64,000 nt of DNA from an uncultured Christensenella sp. (GTDB lineage: Bacteria; Bacillota; Clostridia; Christensenellales; Borkfalkiaceae), in NCBI GenBank assembly GCA_910579525.1, contig CAJTUK010000004.1:192112-256111 (forward strand), written 5' to 3'. The notes beneath the pieces are model-generated. The model ran no database searches, was not told where the DNA came from, and saw only the letters and a list, made by a program, of their open reading frames with translations. A program made the position numbers and the translations under genes. Within the stretch, counting starts at the first letter, position 1. Every line of letters begins with the position of its first letter. Of the stretch, positions 17,801 to 25,677 are shown one piece after another.

Positions 17801-18110
17801 GTCGATGAAACAACAGATACAGTACAGTATGGACATCCTCGGTTACGCTGACGTTGTAACCAACCGTGAAGAAGATCGCAGAAGACTTCTCATAACAGAT
17901 GTCGTCCCCCTCTCAAGCGCGGGCGGTGAAGTGTGGTCTTACAGAGTTGGAACACGAAGCCTCGGCAGTGGTAAGACAGCTCGGCTCACAGTTAAGGCAA
18001 ACATATATGATAAGAAACCCATTAAGGCTGGCGACATTATATATGCTGCCGACCTCTACAAAAATCAAACGGGCTATTGGTATCTTATAGCCTACAACAA
18101 GGAGGCTTAA
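14895..18110 (+). CDS. DNA polymerase III alpha-like (C-family) replicase with N-terminal PHP domain
   Basis: 1071 aa. N-terminal PHP motifs (HRHAMYT, SAEHG), and length and layout typical of DnaE-type polymerases. Start overlaps the primase stop (TAATG). Confidence 0.8.
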   Translation: MKVFQNYHRHAMYTNVRISDSAVTPKDYAERAKALGHGILSSAEHGWQGNYFETVRLAKEYGLKPLIGAEAYWVKDRAEKDRTNCHIFLGAKNERGRQALNDVLSEANLTGFYGQPRLDVPLLLSLPKDDLIVTTACIAYWRYENIEEITAMLAKHFGKNFFLEVQYHNTESQRELNKRILRLHNELKIPLIMGCDSHYIGADQGQTRTDFLVSKGLTYPDEEGWFLDYPDGDTAYERFANQCVLSHSEINDAMDNTGVFLEVEEYDSPIFNTDIKMPSLFPTLSQEEKNEKYKSLVWSGWEEYKKSVPEDKWALYESEIEKEIKTVEDTHMADYFIDNYHIIRKGKENGGWLTKSGRGSAVSFITNMLLGFTEVDRIAAKVHMYPERFMSATRILQSGSLPDIDFNCAPVEPFARAQQEILGEDHAYPMVAYGTMQKSAAWKLYAKSQGISFEIANAVSEQIKKYEAAVKHAPEDEKDDINVFDYIDKDFHEIYEKSKDYLGLVTSWSIAPCSYLLYEGSIRKEIGLVKVKDHLCCLMDGHWAEACHFLKNDLLKVSVVDLIYRAYHRIGIEPPTVTELLKMCPPDDKAWEIYEKGCTLGINQCEQTGTASRVTKYKPKNISELGAFVAAIRPGFKSMYKTFEERKPFAYGVKAFDELIQTDEMPSSFLLYQEQEMAALNYAGIDMSDCYTAIKNIAKKRADKVLAYKEKFINGFSQVMIEDEHKTPEEAASMSQELWQIIEDSSRYSFNASHSYCVALDSLYGAWLKAHHPLEFYEVLLTLAEQKGDKDKMNALKEEAESYFNIKFPPFRFGQDNRSIKADVENNLIVNSLSAIKGFSLSVGAALYDCSKNNFTSFVDVLAWLDKKALKASKVRPLITIDYFQQFGNINELLSILDLWELLKQGQAKSVRKDKVTSIVVQRILSYNCSTTNKDGTESASYRMENEQTTMKCLYDFEQYIKQHPMPSPSMKQQIQYSMDILGYADVVTNREEDRRRLLITDVVPLSSAGGEVWSYRVGTRSLGSGKTARLTVKANIYDKKPIKAGDIIYAADLYKNQTGYWYLIAYNKEA

Positions 18111-18122
18111 TGAAAGAAAAAT

Positions 18123-18908
18123 ATGAAGAGAAGAGAAGAGAAGAGAAGAGAAGAGAAGCCGCGACCAAGGTACATTGCGAGCTGTAGTTGCGGCAAAGAC
18201 AGTCTCGCAATGCTGTCCGTCATAAAGGCTCATCCAGAAAAATATCCGCTTGATGAAATCGTAATATGCAAGATAAAGGCAACCAAAACGATGAGTGGCT
18301 GTTTCCCTATTCAGCAAGCCTTCATCGACAGCATAATTCCTATTCTTCAAAAAGAATTTAATGTACCCGTGACGGTCATTGAGGACGAAATGAGTTTTGA
18401 GGAAATTTTCTACACCAAGAAACAGTCGGGTAAGCGTGCGGGTAGCATATATGGTTTCCCCTACACTATCGGCGCTTGGTGTAACGACAGACTTAAAATG
18501 CGTCCAATCGATAAATACTTTAAGAAGCAAGGCAACCACGTTAGATATATTGGCATCGCATATGATGAACCTAATCGATATGCTCGCCTCGAAGAAAATG
18601 AAGTTGCGCCACTTTATGAAGAAAAAGTTATCGAAGCTGAGGCAAAAGAGATTTGCATACAAAACAATCGCCTCTCCCCTATCTATCAATTCTTTGACCG
18701 TGATGGGTGTTGGTTTTGTCCTAAGCAATCGCTGTATAGCCTAAGAGTAATTTATGACCATTTCCCAGATTTATGGGAACAATTGAAACTATGGCAAAAA
18801 GACAGTCCGACAACATTTAATTCTCACAGTTCTATTTTAGAACTGGATGAGAAGTTTCGAGCTGGCTTCCACCCAAAAAAGATAACAAGGAAAAAAATAT
18901 GTACATAA
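18123..18908 (+). CDS. PP-loop ATP pyrophosphatase (PAPS reductase-like) family protein, paralogue 1
   Basis: 261 aa. SCGKDS (SGGKDS-type PP-loop) and a C-terminal DGCWFCP. N-terminal repeat-encoded extension. Confidence 0.7.
   Translation: MKRREEKRREEKPRPRYIASCSCGKDSLAMLSVIKAHPEKYPLDEIVICKIKATKTMSGCFPIQQAFIDSIIPILQKEFNVPVTVIEDEMSFEEIFYTKKQSGKRAGSIYGFPYTIGAWCNDRLKMRPIDKYFKKQGNHVRYIGIAYDEPNRYARLEENEVAPLYEEKVIEAEAKEICIQNNRLSPIYQFFDRDGCWFCPKQSLYSLRVIYDHFPDLWEQLKLWQKDSPTTFNSHSSILELDEKFRAGFHPKKITRKKICT
18125..18158 (+). repeat. Pentanucleotide microsatellite (GAAGA/AAGAG) x6.8
   Basis: Perfect period-5 tract inside the first 12 codons of the 18123 CDS. Encodes KRREEKRREEK. Confidence 0.9.
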
Positions 18909-19084
18909 CAAAAAGAATGCGCGTTACTCATTTAATCTTCCCATTTACTGGGTCGGTGAGCAAAGGCATACTTGGTGCCTTGGGTTGACATCCTTTATTG
19001 CGAATTGGTGATTAAGATATCCGTAAAGCTCTGATTCAAATAGCGTCGTAAAGTCTACTGCGGCACGGGAAGCCATCGGAGCAT

Positions 19085-19116
19085 CCTTAATAAATTTGAG
19101 AAAAAATTTATTAAGG
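19085..19116 (+). promoter_or_regulatory. Perfect 13-bp hairpin overlapping the SD of the 19124 gene
   Basis: CCTTAATAAATTT, 6-nt loop, AAATTTATTAAGG. The 3' arm includes the AAGG of the AAGGAG SD (19113-19118). Confidence 0.5.
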
Positions 19117-19123
19117 AGATTTT

Positions 19124-19858
19124 ATGAGGTATATCGCAAGTTGCAGCTGTGGCAAGGATAGTCTTGCTATGGTCTACAAAATTATAGAACAACAACTCCC
19201 ACTCGACGAAATCGTCTTCTACGATACGAATATGGAGTTTCAGTCAATCTACTATAACTGGGAACAGTTAACGAAATATGCGCAAGAGCGCGGAATTAAA
19301 TGCACTACTCTTCGCCCCAAGTGTCCGTTCTTATATACGATGTTTGAGCAGCCACACAAGTCTCGCAAGGACGGGATTGTAAGATACGGATATGCTTGGT
19401 GCGGCGGACGTTGCCGCTGGGGTACGAGTGAAAAGCTGAAAGCAATTGACAAGTATTGTGAACAGGAAGAAACGATTTGCTATGTTGGCATAGCCGCCGA
19501 CGAAACGCTGAGACTTCAAAAGGAACGTAAGGAATACAAGCGCTTCCCACTCGCGGATTGGAATATGAGCGAAGCCGACTGCTTGCAATATTGTCAATCA
19601 CACAATATCAAATGGATTGAGAAATGCCACGACGGATACATAGACCTTTACTCAATCCTCGACCGAGTTTCTTGCTGGTGTTGTGCAAACAAAAATCAGT
19701 GGGAACTCTACAACTACTGGAAGTACCTGCCAGAATATTGGGACAAGTTGAAAGAGCTTCAAAGCAAGATATCGCGCCCCTTTAATAGGTACACAATCTT
19801 TGAATTGGAAGAGCGTTTTGAAAAAGGCTACATACCAGTTCACCGCATCAAAAAATAA
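19124..19858 (+). CDS. PP-loop ATP pyrophosphatase (PAPS reductase-like) family protein, paralogue 2
   Basis: 244 aa. The N-terminus MRYIASCSCGKDSLAM is nearly identical to residues 16-30 of paralogue 1. C-terminal SCWCCANK. Confidence 0.7.
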   Translation: MRYIASCSCGKDSLAMVYKIIEQQLPLDEIVFYDTNMEFQSIYYNWEQLTKYAQERGIKCTTLRPKCPFLYTMFEQPHKSRKDGIVRYGYAWCGGRCRWGTSEKLKAIDKYCEQEETICYVGIAADETLRLQKERKEYKRFPLADWNMSEADCLQYCQSHNIKWIEKCHDGYIDLYSILDRVSCWCCANKNQWELYNYWKYLPEYWDKLKELQSKISRPFNRYTIFELEERFEKGYIPVHRIKK

Positions 19859-19869
19859 GGAGATACATA

Positions 19870-20121
19870 ATGAAATCATTTCGCCTAAGCATTACAAGAG
19901 ATGGCAAGTTGTCAATCGCTTGTCCGGAGTGTGGCTCTACAAAGGTGGAAGTTACAAACTACCCTGCGAACGAGGTTGACAAGATAAAGTGCCGCCACTG
20001 CGGTCACACCCTCTACAGACCATTCCCTCAACCTAAGGGTTACCACCAAGTTACGATAGACGAACTTGATAAAGAAGACGACGAGGAACACAATGAAATT
20101 CGAGAACACACAGGTATTTAA
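19870..20121 (+). CDS. Small zinc-ribbon protein
   Basis: 83 aa. CPECG...CRHCG, with an acidic C-terminus. Confidence 0.5.
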   Translation: MKSFRLSITRDGKLSIACPECGSTKVEVTNYPANEVDKIKCRHCGHTLYRPFPQPKGYHQVTIDELDKEDDEEHNEIREHTGI

Positions 20122-20791
20122 TTTTGAGGGCGCGTTGCGCGGCATGCGTAATCCCAAGAATAGCTGGACTAAGTCAGACAGCTATTACGATGATGACAAG
20201 TACGTTATCGGCGAAAACGATATGAAACTTGCTACTACTCTTACAAAGGCTGGCAGCGAACACCGCAAATTCTTACGGCAAATCTTTGTGTCCGTAGATA
20301 TTACGGCTCCACTTTATTGGTGGAAGGAATTTGATACATACAAGGTCGGAACTGTTGCGAACTCGACATCAACCATGCACAAGTTGGCATCCACTCCTAT
20401 CACTATCGACTGCTTTGAAACGGACGATTATCACAGCATCGTACTTAACACCGAAGAATCAGATCCATTCCTTCAAAAGATAAACGTCTTCAACGCAATT
20501 GAGAACGACCTCATCCCGTTTCTTGAAACGTTGAGAGTTATGTACAACAAAACGCAAAATAAGCAAATCTGGAAAGAGTTGATTCGTTGGCTCCCAGAGA
20601 GCTGGTTGCAAACGCGAACCGTAACACTGAACTACGAAAATCTCTTGGCTATTTGTAGGCATAGGCGGCACCACAAACTGAATGAGTGGTCTGGCGCAGA
20701 CAAAGCCGACCTTCCGAACTTCATATCGTGGGCGCGTTCACTTCCCTACGCAAAAGAATTTATCTTCTCAGACGAAGAAACACAACAATAA
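20093..20791 (+). CDS. ThyX (Thy1-fold)-like protein, divergent
   Basis: Taken from the ATG at 20093. GSEHRKFLRQIFVSVDITAPLYWWKEFDTYKVGTVANSTSTMH aligns by eye with ThyX GHxSxxEH...SRxxxxQxxRHRxxSxxxxSxRY, but RHR is replaced by DTY. Confidence 0.45.
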   Translation: MKFENTQVFNFEGALRGMRNPKNSWTKSDSYYDDDKYVIGENDMKLATTLTKAGSEHRKFLRQIFVSVDITAPLYWWKEFDTYKVGTVANSTSTMHKLASTPITIDCFETDDYHSIVLNTEESDPFLQKINVFNAIENDLIPFLETLRVMYNKTQNKQIWKELIRWLPESWLQTRTVTLNYENLLAICRHRRHHKLNEWSGADKADLPNFISWARSLPYAKEFIFSDEETQQ

Positions 20792-20803
20792 GGAGAATAC
20801 ATA

Positions 20804-21352
20804 GTGCGCAATTTTATTTGTATATCTGGTAAAGCACAAAACGGCAAAGACACATCAGCTGAAATCTTTAAGAACGAACTCGTTATCCGCGGGCATTCCG
20901 TCCTCGTCATACACCAAGCAGACTTGCTCAAGTATATCTGCAAAGCGTTCTTCAATTGGAACGGCGAGAAAGACGAAGCTGGCAGAACTCTGTTACAGCA
21001 AGTTGGAACCAACGTCATCAGAAAAGTTGAACCCGACTTCTGGGTAGACTTCATCGCTAAGGTCACTGGGTTCTTTAAGGATACTTGGGATTATATCATC
21101 ATCCCAGACACACGATTCCCCAACGAACTCGAAAAGTTAAAAGCGGACGACGCGAATGTTTTCCATGTGCGCGTCATCAGAAAAGACTTCAAAAGTCCAC
21201 TTACCGAAGAGCAGCAACGACATCCGTCTGAGACGGCGCTGGACGGCATTGAGAGCGACTTTACGCTTCTCAATGACAAAGGCATCGACGACTTATATGG
21301 CGGCGTTGTAGGCATTCTGGACGCCATAGAGCAGCGAATTAAGGAGAATTAA
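20804..21352 (+). CDS. Deoxynucleoside monophosphate kinase
   Basis: 182 aa, GTG start after an AAGGAG SD. P-loop SGKAQNGKDT, plus LLQQVGTNVIRK and IIPDTRFPNE typical of phage dNMP kinases. Confidence 0.7.
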   Translation: MRNFICISGKAQNGKDTSAEIFKNELVIRGHSVLVIHQADLLKYICKAFFNWNGEKDEAGRTLLQQVGTNVIRKVEPDFWVDFIAKVTGFFKDTWDYIIIPDTRFPNELEKLKADDANVFHVRVIRKDFKSPLTEEQQRHPSETALDGIESDFTLLNDKGIDDLYGGVVGILDAIEQRIKEN

Positions 21353-21952
21353 ATGTCGAAAGATTACTCTCATATCACACTGTTAGTTGATATGGACGAC
21401 ACGATAGAAAACTTACTTCCGGCGTGGGCGGAATGGTTGAACAAGAAACACGGAACGTCTGTTAAGACTGACGATATAACGGGTTGGGATGTTCAAAAAT
21501 TCTTCCCATCATTAAGTAAAGATGAGGTTTACGCCCCTTTATATGAAGACGAATTTTGGGGAACAGTACAACCAAAAGAAGATGCTATCCACCACCTCTC
21601 ACGTATCAATGAGTTGGGCTTTAAGTTATACATCTGTACCAACTCAAACTATCAAACAATACGTCGCAAGTTGGAATACATCCTCGATAGATACTTCCCG
21701 TTTATTTCTTGGTGGAATGTTATCACGATATGTAGCAAGCAACTCATCAATGCTGACATTTTGGTGGACGACGGCGTACATAATCTTCTTGGCGGTTCGT
21801 ACAAAAAGATTTTGATGACCGCATCACACAATAAAGCTTTCGACGCCAACGCAAACGGTATGGTGAGAGTAAATAATTGGCAAGAAGCCTACGACAAAAT
21901 AATTGAATATGCCGACCAAATTTTGGCTGGCAAAACGGAGATAGCTAAATGA
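21353..21952 (+). CDS. 5'(3')-deoxyribonucleotidase (HAD family)
   Basis: 199 aa. HAD motif I VDMDDT, a downstream TNS motif and VDD. Confidence 0.7.
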   Translation: MSKDYSHITLLVDMDDTIENLLPAWAEWLNKKHGTSVKTDDITGWDVQKFFPSLSKDEVYAPLYEDEFWGTVQPKEDAIHHLSRINELGFKLYICTNSNYQTIRRKLEYILDRYFPFISWWNVITICSKQLINADILVDDGVHNLLGGSYKKILMTASHNKAFDANANGMVRVNNWQEAYDKIIEYADQILAGKTEIAK

Positions 21953-24084
21953 AGATAGTTAAAAAAGACGGAACATTATCTGAATACAACGACGCAAAAA
22001 TTATTAACGCAATCAGCAAATCTGCCGAGCGCGTACTGGTAAAATTTACGGACGAAGAGATTCGGCAAGTATGCGACAAGGTCAAATCAAGGCTCCCTCA
22101 ACAAGAAGAGATAAGCATTCTCGAAATGCACAGATTAGTTGAGACCGCGCTTGACGAGGTTAACCCGAAAGTCGCAAAAAGCTACAGAGACTACCGCAAC
22201 TATAAGCAAGACTTCGTACACATACTCGACAAAGTATTTAAGAAGTCGCAAACGATACGATACATAGGCGACAGAGACAACGCCAACACGGACAGCGCGC
22301 TCGTACCTACGCAAAGAAGTCTCATCTACAACGAGCTGAACGGAGAGCTTTATAAGAAGTTCTTCTTGAACGTCGAAGAACGTGCGGCTATGAATGAAGG
22401 ATACATTTACATCCACGATAGATCCGCGCGCTTAGATACAATGAACTGCTGTTTATTTGATATTGCAAAGGTTCTTGCCGGCGGCTTTGAAATGGGCAAC
22501 GTTTGGTACACAGAACCTAAAACATTGGATGTTGCGTTCGACGTTATCAGTGACATCACGATAAGCGCAGCCGCTTGTCAGTACGGCGGGTTCACTATCC
22601 CCCGCGTTGACACAATCTTGGCGCCGTATGCTCAAAAGAGCTACGAAAAATATAAGCGCGAGTTTTACGCTATCGCATCCGTGTTAAACAACTCTGGCAA
22701 GACCGTAGACGAACAAGCCGACATATATGCAGAGCGTAAGGTACGCCGCGATTTTGAACAAGGCTTCCAGTCTTGGGAGTACCGCTTCAACACCGTCGGC
22801 AGTAGCCGCGGCGACTACCCTTTCATCGCAACATCATTCGGTATCGGCACAAGCCGCTGGGAGCAGATGGCTACGGAAGTTATTTTAAGGACACGTATGG
22901 GTGGTCAAGGCGCGACAGGTCACAAGAAACCTGTGCTCTTCCCCAAGCTCACCTTCTTGTATGACGAGAATTTACACGGCGAAGGCAAACCTATGGAGTA
23001 CTTATTTGACACGGCAGTCGAATGTTCAAGTAAATCTATGTACCCAGACTTCCTCTCCCTCACGGGCGAAGGCTACATACCGAGTATGTACAAAAAGTAC
23101 GGCAAGGTCGTATCGCTTATGGGTTGTCGCGCGTCCCTTTCGCCTTGGTATGAGCGCGGCGGTATGGAACCTGCCGACGAGAATGATACGCCGATTTTTG
23201 AAGGAAGATTTAACCTCGGCGCAATCAGTTTGCATCTTCCGATGATATTGCAAAAAGCGCGCCAAGAGAACAGAGATTTCTACGAAACGCTTGACTATTA
23301 TCTGCAACTCATCAGGGGATTGCACAAAAAGACCTATGACTATCTCGGCGAAAAGCTCGCGTCCACCAACCCTCTTGGTTATTGCCAAGGCGGCTTCTAC
23401 GGCGGAACGCTCAGCCCCGACGACAAGATAAAGCCACTTCTCAAGCCAATGACTATGAGCTTCGGTATCACGGCTCTGAACGAACTTCAACAACTCTACA
23501 ACAAAAAGTCAATTGTTGAGGACGGAGAATTTGCCCTTGAAGTTATGAGGCATATCAATGCTAAGGTAACGGAGTTCAAAAAAGAAGACGGTATCTTATA
23601 TGCAATCTACGGCACGCCCGCCGAAAGCCTTGCAGGACTGCAAGTAGAACAGTTCCGTAAGAAGTACGGCATCATCCAGAATGTATCCGACAGATTGTAC
23701 GTTTCAAACAGCTTCCACTGCGGCGTATGGGAAGACATCACTCCCATCGAAAAGCAAGATTATGAGCGCCGTTTTTGGGATTTGTTCAACGGCGGCAAGA
23801 TACAATATTGCCGTTATCCCGTCTCATACAACAAAGACGCAATAAAAACGCTCATCAGACGTGCAATGGACTTTGGATTTTATGAGGGCATTAACCTCTC
23901 GCTCTCCTACTGTGAAGACTGTGGGTATGAACAGCTGGATATGGATAAGTGTCCGAAATGCGGAAGCGAACTCATCACGAAGATTGACCGAATGAACGGC
24001 TATCTCGGCTACACAAGGGTACACGGGCGCACAAGGTACAACGACGCAAAGAACGCTGAAATCAAAGACAGGATTTCAATGTGA
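21949..24084 (+). CDS. nrdD: Anaerobic ribonucleoside-triphosphate reductase (class III)
   Basis: 711 aa. N-terminal ATP-cone-like region, a C-terminal Zn site CEDCG...CPKCG, then a glycyl-radical-type NGYLGY loop. Followed by nrdG. Confidence 0.88.
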   Translation: MKIVKKDGTLSEYNDAKIINAISKSAERVLVKFTDEEIRQVCDKVKSRLPQQEEISILEMHRLVETALDEVNPKVAKSYRDYRNYKQDFVHILDKVFKKSQTIRYIGDRDNANTDSALVPTQRSLIYNELNGELYKKFFLNVEERAAMNEGYIYIHDRSARLDTMNCCLFDIAKVLAGGFEMGNVWYTEPKTLDVAFDVISDITISAAACQYGGFTIPRVDTILAPYAQKSYEKYKREFYAIASVLNNSGKTVDEQADIYAERKVRRDFEQGFQSWEYRFNTVGSSRGDYPFIATSFGIGTSRWEQMATEVILRTRMGGQGATGHKKPVLFPKLTFLYDENLHGEGKPMEYLFDTAVECSSKSMYPDFLSLTGEGYIPSMYKKYGKVVSLMGCRASLSPWYERGGMEPADENDTPIFEGRFNLGAISLHLPMILQKARQENRDFYETLDYYLQLIRGLHKKTYDYLGEKLASTNPLGYCQGGFYGGTLSPDDKIKPLLKPMTMSFGITALNELQQLYNKKSIVEDGEFALEVMRHINAKVTEFKKEDGILYAIYGTPAESLAGLQVEQFRKKYGIIQNVSDRLYVSNSFHCGVWEDITPIEKQDYERRFWDLFNGGKIQYCRYPVSYNKDAIKTLIRRAMDFGFYEGINLSLSYCEDCGYEQLDMDKCPKCGSELITKIDRMNGYLGYTRVHGRTRYNDAKNAEIKDRISM

Positions 24085-24091
24085 GGTACGT

Positions 24092-24592
24092 ATGAACTAT
24101 CATAATATTTTACACGACAATATGTTAAACGGCGACGGGTTGCGTGTTGTTCTCTTCGTATCGGGTTGTGAACATCACTGTAAAGGATGTCACAATCCAC
24201 AGACGCACGCCCCATCCTCTGGCATTCCGTTCACACGGGCTGAGGAAGATGAAATCTTTGAACAACTTTCAAAGCCATACATACAAGGGTTGACGCTTAC
24301 GGGCGGCGATCCGTTGCACCATTGCAACTACACAACTCTTCTCGCTCTCTGTAAAAAAGTCAAAGCAACATTTCCCAAAAAGAATATATGGCTCTACACT
24401 GGGTATCGTATCGAAGATATCCCAGAGGAAATGCAAGAAATCTTCCAGTATATAGATACAATTGTTGACGGACGGTTCGTCGAGGAATTAAAAGATGTAA
24501 ACCTTCCCTACGTTGGTTCTTCCAACCAAAGGATTATCCGCTTAAATAAAAGAATATTTGCTACCCTCAAGGTTGGCAATTTTAAGGAGTAA
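24092..24592 (+). CDS. nrdG: Anaerobic RNR activating radical-SAM protein
   Basis: 166 aa. Radical-SAM cluster CEHHCKGC, and GLTLTGGDP. Confidence 0.88.
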   Translation: MNYHNILHDNMLNGDGLRVVLFVSGCEHHCKGCHNPQTHAPSSGIPFTRAEEDEIFEQLSKPYIQGLTLTGGDPLHHCNYTTLLALCKKVKATFPKKNIWLYTGYRIEDIPEEMQEIFQYIDTIVDGRFVEELKDVNLPYVGSSNQRIIRLNKRIFATLKVGNFKE

Positions 24593-24598
24593 TACATA

Positions 24599-25084
24599 AT
24601 GAATAAATTTGAAAAAGTTTCAAAGAAGCAATATGACTTGGACGCATGGGGCGGCAAGCATATGGCTGACTACGATGACATAAAACTTCCCCACCGCGCT
24701 ACGAAGTGCAGCGCAGGCTACGACATTTATGCCACCATCGGTTTTGAACTCCCTCCCGGCGAATCTATCAAGTTCCCTACGGGTATCAAGGTTTCGCTTG
24801 ACGACAATAAGTTCCTTATGGTTGTTCCTCGTAGCAGTCTTGGGTTTAAGTACAGAGCGCAACTCGATAACACGGTCGGCATCATCGACGCAGACTACTA
24901 CAACAATTCCAACAACGAAGGACACATCTGGGTTAAGATAACTAACGACTCAAAGCGCGGCGATACGCTCGTCGTGAACAAGGGCGACGCTATCGCTCAG
25001 GGTATCATCCTTGAGTACTTCAAGACTGACGATGACAATGCAGACGGAGTAAGAAACGGCGGTCTCGGTAGCACCTCAAAATAG
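24599..25084 (+). CDS. dut: dUTP diphosphatase (trimeric dUTPase)
   Basis: 161 aa. SAGYDIYA, PRSSLG, GIIDADYY and C-terminal RNGGLGST motifs. Confidence 0.88.
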   Translation: MNKFEKVSKKQYDLDAWGGKHMADYDDIKLPHRATKCSAGYDIYATIGFELPPGESIKFPTGIKVSLDDNKFLMVVPRSSLGFKYRAQLDNTVGIIDADYYNNSNNEGHIWVKITNDSKRGDTLVVNKGDAIAQGIILEYFKTDDDNADGVRNGGLGSTSK

Positions 25085-25191
25085 CGCTTTACAGCGTCGA
25101 TAGCCTCTGACGATAGCTTCTTCAAGGAACTCGATAAAGTGTCACAGCGGCTAAATGGCGCAGCCAGACTGGCGATTAAGGAGCATTTCTT

Positions 25192-25665
25192 ATGATACAA
25201 ATATTAGACGAGAGAACAATGAGACAGTTAATTATAGCAAGAAAAGATTTGAATATGTCAGCTGGGAAATTGGCGGCGCAATGCTGCCATGCCTCTATGG
25301 CATTTTTAACTAAACCACTTAGAGACCAATCAAGAATAATTAAATCAACTGCCACGGGGAATAAAACATTTTCTATAACTTTACCATCAAGTATTTGTGA
25401 TGAATGGATTTGTGGTATATTCACAAAAACTATCTGCGCGGCAAAGAATTATAACCATCTTATGAAGGCTATCACAATGGCTCGTGAGCTTGGTCTGGTT
25501 GAAGGCAAGGATTTCTTTCTTATCAAAGATAATTGTCTTACTGAACTCAAGCCAGAAGAAATTGATGAGAACGGCGTCGGCAGAACTCTTACTTGCATCG
25601 GTTTCCGCCCACTCGAAGATGACATCGCTCATTTAATAAGCAAAAAATTTCAGCTTTATAAATAA
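25192..25665 (+). CDS. PTH2-family peptidyl-tRNA hydrolase
   Basis: 157 aa. ARKDLNMSAGKLAAQCCHASMAF, IKDNCLTELKPEE and TCIGFRP match the archaeal/eukaryotic-type Pth2 pattern. Confidence 0.75.
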   Translation: MIQILDERTMRQLIIARKDLNMSAGKLAAQCCHASMAFLTKPLRDQSRIIKSTATGNKTFSITLPSSICDEWICGIFTKTICAAKNYNHLMKAITMARELGLVEGKDFFLIKDNCLTELKPEEIDENGVGRTLTCIGFRPLEDDIAHLISKKFQLYK

Positions 25666-25677
25666 AGGAGAACCACT

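Noticed and set aside
17913-18728. 271-aa minus-strand ORF
   Set aside because: It is antisense to the polymerase 3' end and PP-loop gene 1, both of which have clear motifs. It has no SD and low-complexity composition.
18909-19123. tRNA gene or group I intron in the spacer between the PP-loop paralogues
   Set aside because: No cloverleaf or T-loop (GTTCRANYC) could be built by eye. Both flanking genes are complete, so nothing is interrupted. The spacer is kept only as a structured-spacer observation.
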